From Hormiphora californensis (Eukaryota; Animalia; Ctenophora): a stretch of DNA of 64,000 nucleotides. Shown piece by piece: positions 29,012-39,063 of the stretch. Within the stretch, counting starts at the first letter, position 1. Each line of letters begins with the position of its first letter. The notes under the pieces are model-generated. The model ran no database searches and had not been told where the DNA came from. It saw only the letters and a list, made by a program, of their open reading frames with translations. The DNA is taken from contig CM035350.1 of the NCBI GenBank assembly GCA_020137815.1, forward strand, positions 5,146,001 through 5,210,000, given 5' to 3'. The position numbers and the translations under genes are program-made.

Positions 29012-29833
29012 ATGTGTGAGAAGAAGTGGACTACTGTCGTGAAGACAAAGGTGGAGAAAGCATTGAATAAGATTCCAGTCCTAGATCTTTCAGTCACCAA
29101 GAGGAGGACAAATCTTATGTTTGAGACCGATGAACAGTTGGAACAGGCGAAAGAAGTTCTTTCACCGTTCCTTGATGTTTCTCCCGTAGTGGAGAAGGAG
29201 AAGAAAAGAGATCCTCGCATCATGATCAATGATCTTGACCAAGACCTGCTGGAAAAAGATCGCCTTCTGTCAGAGATTGTCAGTGATAAGAATGAGTCTG
29301 TGAAGAGACTAGTTGAGGAGGGTCACCTGGTGAAGGTGGTACATGTAAACAGAACAGGAAGATATGCAGTGTTCCAGGTCTCTCCAGAAGTGAGGAAGGC
29401 GATATCAGAAAGGAAGGACAAGCTATTCTTGAAACTTCGACAGCATTCAGTGAGGAACAGGTTTTATGTCACGCAGTGTTTTCACTGCCAGCGCTTTGGC
29501 CATGTAGCAGGATCCATCTACTGCCCAAACAAGGATAAATCTCCGGTTTGTGCCTTCTGTACGGGAGATCATGACACTAGGAGTTGCCATGCCAAGAAGG
29601 AAAATGTAGTGAGCAGGATGAAATGTGTCAACTGTGATCATGGAGGAAGCAGAGAGGACAAGCGCCATGCTCAAAGTCACCCAGCCTCCAGCAGTATGTG
29701 TCCATTCTATGTAAATGCTAAAGGAAGACTCATGGAGAGTACCAGTGGAGTAACGAAGCAGGAAAAAAACGTGTACCTGACGAGGGCATGGGAGGATCTG
29801 AGAGGAAAACGTCTTGGAGGATTGGCACACTAA
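29012..29833 (+). CDS. LINE ORF1 with three zinc knuckles
   Basis: CFHCQRFGH..C, CAFCTGDH..C, CVNC..H..C; first ATG inside the element is at 29012. Confidence 0.88.
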   Translation: MCEKKWTTVVKTKVEKALNKIPVLDLSVTKRRTNLMFETDEQLEQAKEVLSPFLDVSPVVEKEKKRDPRIMINDLDQDLLEKDRLLSEIVSDKNESVKRLVEEGHLVKVVHVNRTGRYAVFQVSPEVRKAISERKDKLFLKLRQHSVRNRFYVTQCFHCQRFGHVAGSIYCPNKDKSPVCAFCTGDHDTRSCHAKKENVVSRMKCVNCDHGGSREDKRHAQSHPASSSMCPFYVNAKGRLMESTSGVTKQEKNVYLTRAWEDLRGKRLGGLAH

Positions 29834-32763
29834 ACGTCCACTCAATTATGAATAAGACGTCAGGTGTAATTACACACTTGGAGGAAAAAGGATGCGACAT
29901 CTGCTTGGTACAGGAGACTTATCTGAAACAGAGTGACACAGCTAAAATTCAGGAGATCAGAGACTATGGTTGGAATATCTTCTCCTCGCCTAGAGCGGAA
30001 CGTTCAGGAGGTGGAATTGGAATCTTGTACAGGGATGGTGTCAAGTTGAAATACACTCCGGTAAAAGCAAAGTTTAAATCGTTTCAAGTCCAGGAAGCCC
30101 TTATTGGAGGAGGAAAAGATGTGACGAGGCTGTGCAATATCTATAGACCTCCGTATACTGGCAAGGCACGGTTTACGGAAGCCCAGTTCTTGGATGAGTT
30201 TACTGATTATTTGTCAGAGTTGGTCTGCAAAATGGGGAACCCTATCCTGATGGGGGACTTTAACTTCCAGGTTCAAGACACTCAGAACTTCTATGCGAAG
30301 AAGTTGCTTGGACTACTTGACTCTCTTGGATTTGATCAGCGGGTCCCACTACAACCTACTCATGTTCGTGGTGGTACTTTGGATCTGCTTCTCTGCCAAA
30401 AAGACAGATATTCTAAGGTTCAATCAGTTGACGTATTTCCTGACGGAACGACCTCTGATCATTTTCTTGTATTGGCGGAGCTGTGTATTGAAACTGTAGC
30501 AAGTGAATACAAGACTCGTGAAAAAGTGGACATGTACAGAGATTTCAAGGCTGTTGATATTGAAATACTTCGATGTGCTTTTAGGAGTGTGGATTGGAGT
30601 GAAGCGATGGAATCTGGATCAGCTGAGGAGGTTTTGTGTATTTATATGAGGAAACTTGAGGAACTTGTGGATAGGACTGTCCCGTTGAAAAGGAGAAAGA
30701 AGAGAGGAGCTAAGCTGAGGCCATGGAGAGATAATCCAGAGGTGCGTCAAGTTCTTCGTCAGCGGCGGAATGCTGAGCGAGCCTGGGAGAATAATAAAAC
30801 CAGCGTCACGAAGAAGCAGTTCAATGAACTCAAGAGGCAGTTTGGGCGTGTTGACAAGGAAGCGAGGACGAACTACGTCAAGGAAGACTTGGAGGAGTCC
30901 AGAGATGACCCCAAAGCACTTCAAAGGAAATTGAACCGTCTACTTGGTAATACTGAGACCTTTATGCCTGAAACCACAGATAAGCGGAGGTTAGCGGATG
31001 ACTTTGCGGACTTCTTTGTTGGAAAAGTTGATAAGATCCGGTCTACTGTTATCGGAGAGAAGAATCTGAGGACTAAGAGGAACCCTATTCATCAGACACC
31101 CGTCTGTTGTTTTGAGGAATTTGAGGAAGTATCCCCAGATAAACTAAAGAGGATAATCAAAGACATGCCCGACAAGACATGTGATCTTGACCCTATACCG
31201 ACTTGGTTAGTGAAGGGGTGTATGCATGAGCTAGCTCCAGTCTTGTGCAGGTTTATTAACCTATCTTTTGGATGTTCCAGTGTTCCTGAACTTCTCCAGC
31301 AAGCTTTGGTGTTTCCAACGATTAAGAACCCTTATGGCGATAAGGACACTTTGACCAATTATCGGCCAGTCTCCAACCTATCTTTTGTCTCCAAGCTTCT
31401 TGAAAAGATAGTTCTAGAGCAGCTCAACTCGTATCTTAATGAGAACGAGTTACTAAATAAGCATCAATCAGGTTACAGGGTGAATCATAGCTGTGAAACC
31501 CTACTGATGGGTATGTTTGATGATCTCCTTCGGGATATGGATGAAGGAAAGGTCGCAGGCCTCTTTCTATTAGATATGAGCGCCGCTTTTGACACAGTGG
31601 ACCATGGAAAGCTGCTAGAAGTTCTTGAAGAACGGTTTGGAGTGAGGGGTTCTGTCTTGGATTGGTTCGCCAACTATCTACAAATGAGGACTTATCGGGT
31701 AAACGTGGAAGGGGAACTTTCGAGGATTGTCTCTCTGATTTGTGGAGTTCCGCAGGGTTCACTGCTTGGACCTGTGTTGTTTTTACTGTATGTGGAGGAA
31801 TTGCAAGATTTGGTCAAACCGTATGGCTTGAGGATTAAACTTTATGCTGATGACTCGCAATTGTACATCAGCTTTGTTCCTACTGATGAGGAAAACTGGA
31901 AACTGGCAAAGGAGAGGACTGAGGAATGCTTGTCAAGTGTGAAAGAGTGGATGAGTGAGCACTGGCTAAAGTGCAATGAGGCAAAGACTGAATTCCTGCT
32001 GTTAGGCAAAAACAGTGCCCTGGATAAGATGGTCTATCAGCCCACTGTGGACTTTGGTGGAGTGGAGATAAGCCCAGTGGACTTTACGGGGAGTACAGGG
32101 AAAACACTAGGAGTGTTCCTTGATAGCAACCTCTCTATGGAGAGGCAAATCAACAGTGTTAAGAGGCAATGTGGTTTGTTGTTGAAGAATCTATGGCAGG
32201 TAAACCGGTGTCTAGATAGATCGACGAAGATACTCCTTGTTAAGCAGCTCATCATTTCAAGACTGGATTATTGTAATATCCTTTACCATGGCTTACCTAA
32301 GAAGCTTCTCAACAGCCTTCAGAGAGTCTTGAACTCGTGTGTCAGATTTGTTTATGGCCTACACGGTCACCAAGACACCTACATGCCATACTTGAAAGAA
32401 TTGCATGTTCTTCCTGTGGAACAACGAGTCACGTTCAAAGCATGCCTTATGGCGTACAAGATTGTACATGGATTGGCCCCTGACTACCTGCAAGATCAGG
32501 TCCCTGTTGATGATGGACTTCATGTGATCCGGGCTACTAGAGGAAATGCTTGGCCTGATGGCCTCAAGCTGAAGTACCCTAAGCTATCAAGTGTCAACGC
32601 GACTTCCAAGTTGAGAAGAAGACGCCCGTCGGTTTACCTGCCTGAAGTCTGGAATAGGCTTCCCCTTGATCTGAGAGCTGTTGAGTCTGTGGAATCTTTC
32701 AAGTCTAAGCTCAAGACTAGTCTTTTCACTGAGGCTTTTGGTGAGACTGGACTGTCCTCTTAA
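29788..32763 (+). CDS. LINE ORF2: AP endonuclease plus reverse transcriptase (991 aa)
   Basis: VQETYL, MGDFN, TLDL, SDHF; NYRPVSNL, LDMSAAFDTVDH, GVPQGSLLGP, YADD, SRLDYCN. Confidence 0.97.
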   Translation: MGGSERKTSWRIGTLNVHSIMNKTSGVITHLEEKGCDICLVQETYLKQSDTAKIQEIRDYGWNIFSSPRAERSGGGIGILYRDGVKLKYTPVKAKFKSFQVQEALIGGGKDVTRLCNIYRPPYTGKARFTEAQFLDEFTDYLSELVCKMGNPILMGDFNFQVQDTQNFYAKKLLGLLDSLGFDQRVPLQPTHVRGGTLDLLLCQKDRYSKVQSVDVFPDGTTSDHFLVLAELCIETVASEYKTREKVDMYRDFKAVDIEILRCAFRSVDWSEAMESGSAEEVLCIYMRKLEELVDRTVPLKRRKKRGAKLRPWRDNPEVRQVLRQRRNAERAWENNKTSVTKKQFNELKRQFGRVDKEARTNYVKEDLEESRDDPKALQRKLNRLLGNTETFMPETTDKRRLADDFADFFVGKVDKIRSTVIGEKNLRTKRNPIHQTPVCCFEEFEEVSPDKLKRIIKDMPDKTCDLDPIPTWLVKGCMHELAPVLCRFINLSFGCSSVPELLQQALVFPTIKNPYGDKDTLTNYRPVSNLSFVSKLLEKIVLEQLNSYLNENELLNKHQSGYRVNHSCETLLMGMFDDLLRDMDEGKVAGLFLLDMSAAFDTVDHGKLLEVLEERFGVRGSVLDWFANYLQMRTYRVNVEGELSRIVSLICGVPQGSLLGPVLFLLYVEELQDLVKPYGLRIKLYADDSQLYISFVPTDEENWKLAKERTEECLSSVKEWMSEHWLKCNEAKTEFLLLGKNSALDKMVYQPTVDFGGVEISPVDFTGSTGKTLGVFLDSNLSMERQINSVKRQCGLLLKNLWQVNRCLDRSTKILLVKQLIISRLDYCNILYHGLPKKLLNSLQRVLNSCVRFVYGLHGHQDTYMPYLKELHVLPVEQRVTFKACLMAYKIVHGLAPDYLQDQVPVDDGLHVIRATRGNAWPDGLKLKYPKLSSVNATSKLRRRRPSVYLPEVWNRLPLDLRAVESVESFKSKLKTSLFTEAFGETGLSS

Positions 32764-33636
32764 CACTCTCCTTCTTGCTGAGGTATGTGCTCTAGCTGGT
32801 ACCCGTTTTTAATTATTTTTCTGTATTTAAGCTCGTGGCGAGCAGAAGTGTGAAGCATAAATTGGGGTTTTTCATAGCACGAGTGTTTTTCTGTGTTTCC
32901 AATATACGGACTTTTATATCATTTTTTAGAGTTCCAGGACTCTAACTCAGTCTGTTATGTAATCAGTCACCGATAGTTATGTGAGCCGATAGTAATGTGA
33001 GCCGGTGTAATTTTTCTTTATTATTTTTTGTTCTATTAGGGATAAGTTGGCGAGGTCTTACCAGTATATTAACCGTTCAGATCATCCTTCAGTGACAGCA
33101 GCAGTTTCGCTGCTCTGTCCCTGTCGGATATGGGCGGAATATAAACATAGTTATTATTATTATTATTATTAAATGATAATTGAAACTAACAAAAGTGAAG
33201 TACATGTAACTGGATTGCAATTGCGATAATATGTTCCTGAAAAGTGTACTGCAGCTAGTGTTCTGCCGAACCAGGAGCTACACCAACTATACACTGACTG
33301 TGAAGGTGAGGACAGCAGCTACAAAGACAAACTTCCGAAAGAGGGATATATGTGGGGGAAGTAAATTGGTAGAGCTGGGAGAAAAGGCTGGAAGAAGATA
33401 AAGATGTTGAACGGCAGATTATATATCGAGTGATTTTATGAAATACAATATCACAAGACGATACTACATTACATCTCGTGCAGCACAGTTGGACAGAGGC
33501 AAAATATCACAAGGAATAATTACACTTCTTGATAAATGTATCGCTATGTAACTTGTTGGGAAGTCACGTGTAATTCTTTAGAACAGAAATGAATCGTTCC
33601 ATGTGAAGATAAACAATATGAAAATCGGGCACCTTA

Positions 33637-33667
<31 letters not shown>

Positions 33668-33677
33668 CTCTCTCTCA

Positions 33678-33724
<47 letters not shown>

Positions 33725-34122
33725 ACTATCTCTCTCTCTCTTCTACTAAATGAAACCTTTACCTTTAGTTCTACAACGAAAACAATAGATTGACCAACAC
33801 CACGCTACCTAAAAATACACACATTATGCACTGGTGGTACATAGTAGAATCTACTAAGTAGATTAGTGACGGTGGGCGACAGGAAATACATTCAGCAAAC
33901 ACATGTGAAAGTCACGTGACGATATTATTCATACTCAATTTATATGTTGTCTGTATTTATGTACGGTAATGTGATGTCTGGTGGCAGCAATATAGCAATT
34001 AGCAACGGGCACCAGTTTAGGTCAAACTCCCTAACAAAGTAGACTCATCATTGCGTCATTTTTTAATTGAAGGAACAAATTAAGAAACACAGATTTTTGA
34101 AAAGCAATATATTATTATTTGT

Positions 34123-34969
34123 TCATCTCTCATAACAGGTCGTTTTGGGTGGTAATGACGGTCCTACTGCCAGAATATCAGTAGACATTCTCCTCACGTT
34201 CCTATTCATGGCCGCCACCGCTCCCTGACTCTTCTCCACCGCAATACGGTGTGATTTCACGGCTCCATTCCTGCACGATATCGCCTGAACCATCTCCATC
34301 CAGTGTTCACCCTGCCTCCCCGTGGAGTGAGAGCTAAACTCGAACACAGCCAGGGTCTCTGTATGGATCGCTTTACTCTTCACATCCACCACAAGGTTCA
34401 ACAGGTCCAGTTGATCCACCATGATGGGGTAATGGAAGGTAGAGTTGAACACAGGGTCCTTCCCCTTTACAGACATGGTCTTGTGCTCCGTTCTCCTGTC
34501 AGTCTCAGTGTTGTGGAAGGTCACCTTGATGTAGGTTTCCGGGGAAATAATGCCCGTAGTACCACTGGGAAGGACCAGCTCTGTTATCTCCATCACCGTT
34601 ACAATCAACTTGGCTGCCTGCATGTTGTAGTTGAGTTTCAACTTCAGACACGGTTCACTCTCCAGGGGCGAGGTGTCGGATACCAAGAAGTCAAACTTAA
34701 GGAAGCACCCTGTACCAAGATCATTAGCCCCCGTCACCTCACTGAAGTGAAGGGGAAACTTCCCGTACTCCTTCTGGCGGGACCGCTCATCTATCGACCA
34801 CAGGTAGAACCAATAGGTCGAGGTTTTTAGGGCATCCTCAGTGACAGGGAACTTGAAAGAGTTAGACCCGACTAGAGCCCCTAAATTCCGTGCGTATTTC
34901 AAGAGGGGAACGCTAATTCTCCGTTCTGCGGGTCTCTTCACTTTTACACACGCATCCCTCTTGTAAATG
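34123..34969 (-). pseudogene. 5'-truncated duplicate of the synaptotagmin-like gene (no TM or linker, C2A start missing)
   Basis: Near-identical to 37414-38260; similarity stops near 34965-34969. Confidence 0.85.
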
Positions 34970-34989
34970 CTAAATTTTCTATGTAAATA

Positions 34990-35150
34990 TGGGGTAAATT
35001 TGTGCTGCCTGTGCTGCCTCCACTCTGACGCGTGAGGCCCGGGTTCGATTCCCGACCGATCCCGGCTTGTCCAATATGCTGCCTCGCCTTTAATTTGCTG
35101 CCAAATTAAGGGCATTACTCTCTTGGGTATTTGCAATATCTGGGCACCGG
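34990..35150 (+). mobile_element. tRNA-derived SINE-like fragment at the duplication junction
   Basis: T-arm/B-box CCCGGGTTCGATTCCCG at about 35038-35054 without a complete cloverleaf. Confidence 0.6.
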
Positions 35151-35175
35151 GGTAGTAACGGTGTCCATGGTGGTT

Positions 35176-36246
35176 TTAATAATCCGAGGACGGTGCTTCG
35201 TAGCGTTCCCCACTATCTACAACATCGTTATAACTTGGTGGGGGTAGATTAGCAGGAGGACTGTAGGAAATCGGGTATCGATCAGAGAGGGTCGGGCTGT
35301 TCATTTTAGGTGAATCGGCTAGCGTAGATTTGTACCCTTGATAACCCCCTTTCTCTGACTCACTGCTACTGCTACTGGAACGTTTGGTGAAGTTATCCGC
35401 GGGGGGTAAGTGGCGGGGGTAGTATGGATCTTCTTCGGTCTGATCAGCAGTTGGTTGGTTGTGAGCTGCAGGGCTTGGTGAGTCAGCCCCCTGAAGTGAC
35501 CCCATCTCATTATCATCATCTGTTTCTTCTTTCTTAGCATAACAACAGCTGCAACATCTCTTTACTTTCCTTTTTAGACTGCGGAAAAGTTCCCTTAAAC
35601 ACGATTCCCAAATGACGCCTACACAGCAGCATAGCCAAAGCATGATGCATGGCCACCAGGTGATATAGCACGTTTCAGATGGGATGATCGCTAAGATAAT
35701 CAAATAAGTAATGACGATCAGAACGGCAGGAACAACAATAGCCGCTAGACCCTTTCCGAAGGAATATTTGTTATCTAACAGAATAGCCTCATCATGATAA
35801 TAACACCTGAACCAGTTATCCAGATCATTGAATATCTCATTACTCAGCCTCTCCCAGTAATTCATAAGTGAAGCCTCGTTCCTGCTATACCTGTCAGTAC
35901 ACGTCGTGCTAGCGAGACACCCCCGTTTAGCTGAACTAGCGTCATATGCTAGGAGCCCCATTTTCGGGGGCGCAGAGAAATTCTTGTTGTCATACCAGTA
36001 TGCGTAGACCTCCAGACAGGGGTAGTAACTAGTGCAACTATACTCATCGTTTGGGTCCGAACAATCGCACTGCACCAGGGACATTTCCCCGGGGTCTATA
36101 GTTCTCGTAATCAGAGCACAGGAACCAACCACAAATCTGGCCCCATAAAACTGGTTGGGGCTGTAGGCAGCACCAAGTATTATAAGGAGAATGCACAGAC
36201 ATCCAAGAAGTATCAGAAGACCGGTTACCGTTCGGAAGTGACCCAT
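35176..36246 (-). CDS. BK channel beta-like membrane protein, copy 2, 356 aa
   Basis: Near-identical to 27811-28881 with a few substitutions; ORF intact. Confidence 0.7.
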   Translation of the reverse strand: MGHFRTVTGLLILLGCLCILLIILGAAYSPNQFYGARFVVGSCALITRTIDPGEMSLVQCDCSDPNDEYSCTSYYPCLEVYAYWYDNKNFSAPPKMGLLAYDASSAKRGCLASTTCTDRYSRNEASLMNYWERLSNEIFNDLDNWFRCYYHDEAILLDNKYSFGKGLAAIVVPAVLIVITYLIILAIIPSETCYITWWPCIMLWLCCCVGVIWESCLRELFRSLKRKVKRCCSCCYAKKEETDDDNEMGSLQGADSPSPAAHNQPTADQTEEDPYYPRHLPPADNFTKRSSSSSSESEKGGYQGYKSTLADSPKMNSPTLSDRYPISYSPPANLPPPSYNDVVDSGERYEAPSSDY

Positions 36247-36996
36247 AGTGAAGCTACCTGTCACCTGCAGTTCAGAAGAAACGTGTTAGACAAGCAAAAT
36301 ACGGGCAGCATATAATAGGATTCTTTTTTCAACAGGAATTTTATAGTTTTAAATAAATGATAATTGAAACTAACAAAAGTGAAGTACATGTAACTGGATT
36401 GCAATTGCGATATATGTTCCTGAAAAGTGTACTGCAGCTAGTGTCCTGCCGAACCAGGAGCTACACCAACTATACACTGAATGTGAAGGTGAGGACAGCA
36501 GCTACAAAGACAACTTTCCGAAGGAGGGATATATGTGGGGGAAGTAAATTGGTAGAGCTGGGAGAACAGGCTGGAAGAAGATAAAGATGTTGAACGGCAG
36601 ATTATATATCGAGTGAATTTCATGAAATACAATATCACAAGACGATACTACATTACATCTCGTGCAGCACAGTTGGACAGAGGCAAAATATCACAAGGAC
36701 TAATTACACCTGGATAAACTATTCAGAGTGTATCGCTATGTAACTTGTTGGGAAGTCACGTGTAATTCTTTAGAACAGAAATGAGTCGTTCCATGTGAAG
36801 ATAAACAATATGAAAACGGCACTTTCTCCATGGTTAAAGAAGGAGAGAAGAGCGAGAGGAGCGAAAAAGGGGCAGCGAGGAGAGAAGCGAGAGCGAGCGG
36901 AGCGAAGAGAGAGGAGAGAGAGAGGGAGAGAGAGAGGAGCCGAGAGAGCGTCCGTGAGCTAGCGCTGCGTTTGCTGATCTATTGCTATCTCTTCTC

Positions 36997-37065
<69 letters not shown>

Positions 37066-37413
37066 ACTAAATGAAACCTTCACGACCCTTAGTTCTACAA
37101 CGAAAACAATAGATTGACCAACACCACGCTACCTAAAAATACACACATTATGCACTGGTGGTACATAGTAGATTAGTGACAGGAAATACACTCAGCAAAC
37201 ACATGTGAAAGTCACGTGACGATAATTCATACTGTTGTCTGTATTTATGTACGGTAATGTGATGTCTGGCGGCAGCAACATAGCAATTAGCAACGGGCAC
37301 CAGTTTAGGTCAAACTTCCTAACAAAGTAGACTCATCATTGCGTCATCCTTTTTTAATTGAAGGAACGAATTAAGAAACACAGATTTTTGAAAAGCAGTA
37401 TATTATTATTTGT

Positions 37414-38697
37414 TCATCTCTCATAACAGTTCGTTTTGGGTGGTAATGACGGTCCTACTGCCAGAATGTCAGTAGACATTCTCCTCACGTTCCTATTCAT
37501 GGCAGCCACCGCTCCCTGACTCTTCTCCACCGCAATACGGTGTGATTTCACGGCTCCATTCCTGCACGATATCGCCTGAACCATCTCCATCCAGTGTTCA
37601 CCCTGCCTCCCCGTGGAGTGGGAGCTAAACTCGAACACAGCCAGGGTCTCTGTATGGATCGCTTTACTCTTCACATCCACCACAAGGTTCAGCAGGTCCA
37701 GTTGATCCACCATGATGGGGTAATGGAAGGTAGAGTTGAACACAGGGTCTTTCCCCTTTACAGACATGGTCTTGTGCTCCGTTCTCCTGTCAGTCTCAGT
37801 GTTGTGGAAGGTCACCTTGATGTAGGTTTCCGGGGAAATAATGCCCGTAGTACCACTGGGAAGGACCAGCTCTGTTATCTCCATCACCGTTACAATCAAC
37901 TTGGCTGCCTGCATGTTGTAGTTGAGTTTCAACTTCAGACACGGTTCACTCTCCAGGGGCGAGGTGTCGGATACCAAGAAGTCAAACTTAAGGAAGCACC
38001 CTGTACCAAGATCATTAGCCCCCGTCACCTCACTGAAGTGAAGGGGAAACTTCCCGTACTCCTTCTGGCGGGACCGCTCATCTATCGACCACAGGTAGAA
38101 CCAATAGGTCGAGGTTTTTAGGGCATCCTCAGTGACAGGGAACTTGAAAGAGTTAGACCCGACTAGAGCCCCTAAATTCCGTGCGTATTTCAAGAGGGGA
38201 ACGCTAATTCTCCGTTCTGCGGGTCTCTTCACTTTTACACACGCATCCCTCTTGTTAATGGTCGGGTGAATCTTGGCTATTTGATTGATGTTCATCTCGA
38301 GAGTACCATTCCTATACTGGATACAGATCGTTATCTCCGCCACCTTACCCTCCGAGTATCGCTTCCTCATGAGCTCCACATCCTCAGGACCTCCTCCCCC
38401 GGCTGGTGCAGTGCTCTGTTCTCCTAGTTCCGTGCTGCTCGGTACAATGGGCCCCTTTCTCTTCCTAGTGGGTTGCTGCCTTCTGGGAACATGTTGCCCA
38501 GCAGAACTATCCCTTGTTCCAGATGGCTGTATCTCGTAGGTACTGATCCGAGGTTTGGCAGCGGCAGGAAGGATAGGTCTAAACACGTCATCCTGGACTT
38601 TCTCCCGGCCTCTACACAGCCGGTAGACAAGGTAGGAGAGACCAAGGAGGGTTAGGAGGGATGCTGTGCAGACAAGGACAACAACCCAAAGAGTCAT
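37414..38697 (-). CDS. Synaptotagmin-like protein (N-terminal TM, linker, two divergent C2 domains), intronless
   Basis: TM LWVVVLVCTASLLTLLGLSYLVY; C2B-like LKLKLNYNMQAAKLIVTVMEITEL..ETYIKV..KT..KGKDPVFNSTFHY..GEHWMEM. Confidence 0.8.
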   Translation of the reverse strand: MTLWVVVLVCTASLLTLLGLSYLVYRLCRGREKVQDDVFRPILPAAAKPRISTYEIQPSGTRDSSAGQHVPRRQQPTRKRKGPIVPSSTELGEQSTAPAGGGGPEDVELMRKRYSEGKVAEITICIQYRNGTLEMNINQIAKIHPTINKRDACVKVKRPAERRISVPLLKYARNLGALVGSNSFKFPVTEDALKTSTYWFYLWSIDERSRQKEYGKFPLHFSEVTGANDLGTGCFLKFDFLVSDTSPLESEPCLKLKLNYNMQAAKLIVTVMEITELVLPSGTTGIISPETYIKVTFHNTETDRRTEHKTMSVKGKDPVFNSTFHYPIMVDQLDLLNLVVDVKSKAIHTETLAVFEFSSHSTGRQGEHWMEMVQAISCRNGAVKSHRIAVEKSQGAVAAMNRNVRRMSTDILAVGPSLPPKTNCYER

Positions 38698-39063
38698 GAT
38701 CAAAAGTGGGAATAATGGAGCTAGGTAAAGATAAGGAACGGGGGTCCTATTACACGCTTAAACAGAAGAGAGCATCAATCTCTCTCCCTCTCTATCTTCT
38801 CCCTAGCAACGGCTAGTTTGGGGAGCCGTGCATGCTAGTACTGGGTGACTGGGAGTAATTTTCACTCATGGATTGAAAGTTACTAAACATGTTTCAATGA
38901 AACAACCTGATGCTTAGTATGCAGCAGGATCTTCTTTGTTACTATCTTTGAGTATAGCCAGTTTTGCTTTTGCTTTCGATTTGAGATATTTTTCATCATT
39001 TATTCGACAAATTAAATATTTTAACACCTGTCTATCTCTCTAGCGAATGAAATAACATGAAAC

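Larger units (their letters stand above)
28997..33170 (+). mobile_element. L2/CR1-group LINE with open ORF1 (possibly 5'-clipped) and ORF2
   Basis: Absent from the paralogous site near 36350; (TTA)n tail 33152-33170; two overlapping ORFs. Confidence 0.95.

Noticed and set aside
28882-29229. N-terminal extension of the 472-aa ORF 27811-29229, and the extension of ORF 28826-29011
   Set aside because: Chance read-through across the LINE boundary; the paralog at 36246 shows the true start
35010-35070. Functional tRNA gene
   Set aside because: Only a T-arm/B-box is recognisable; no D-arm or acceptor stem
34303-38121. Duplicated 175-aa plus-strand ORFs (34303-34830, 37594-38121)
   Set aside because: Antisense shadows of the synaptotagmin-like coding sequence
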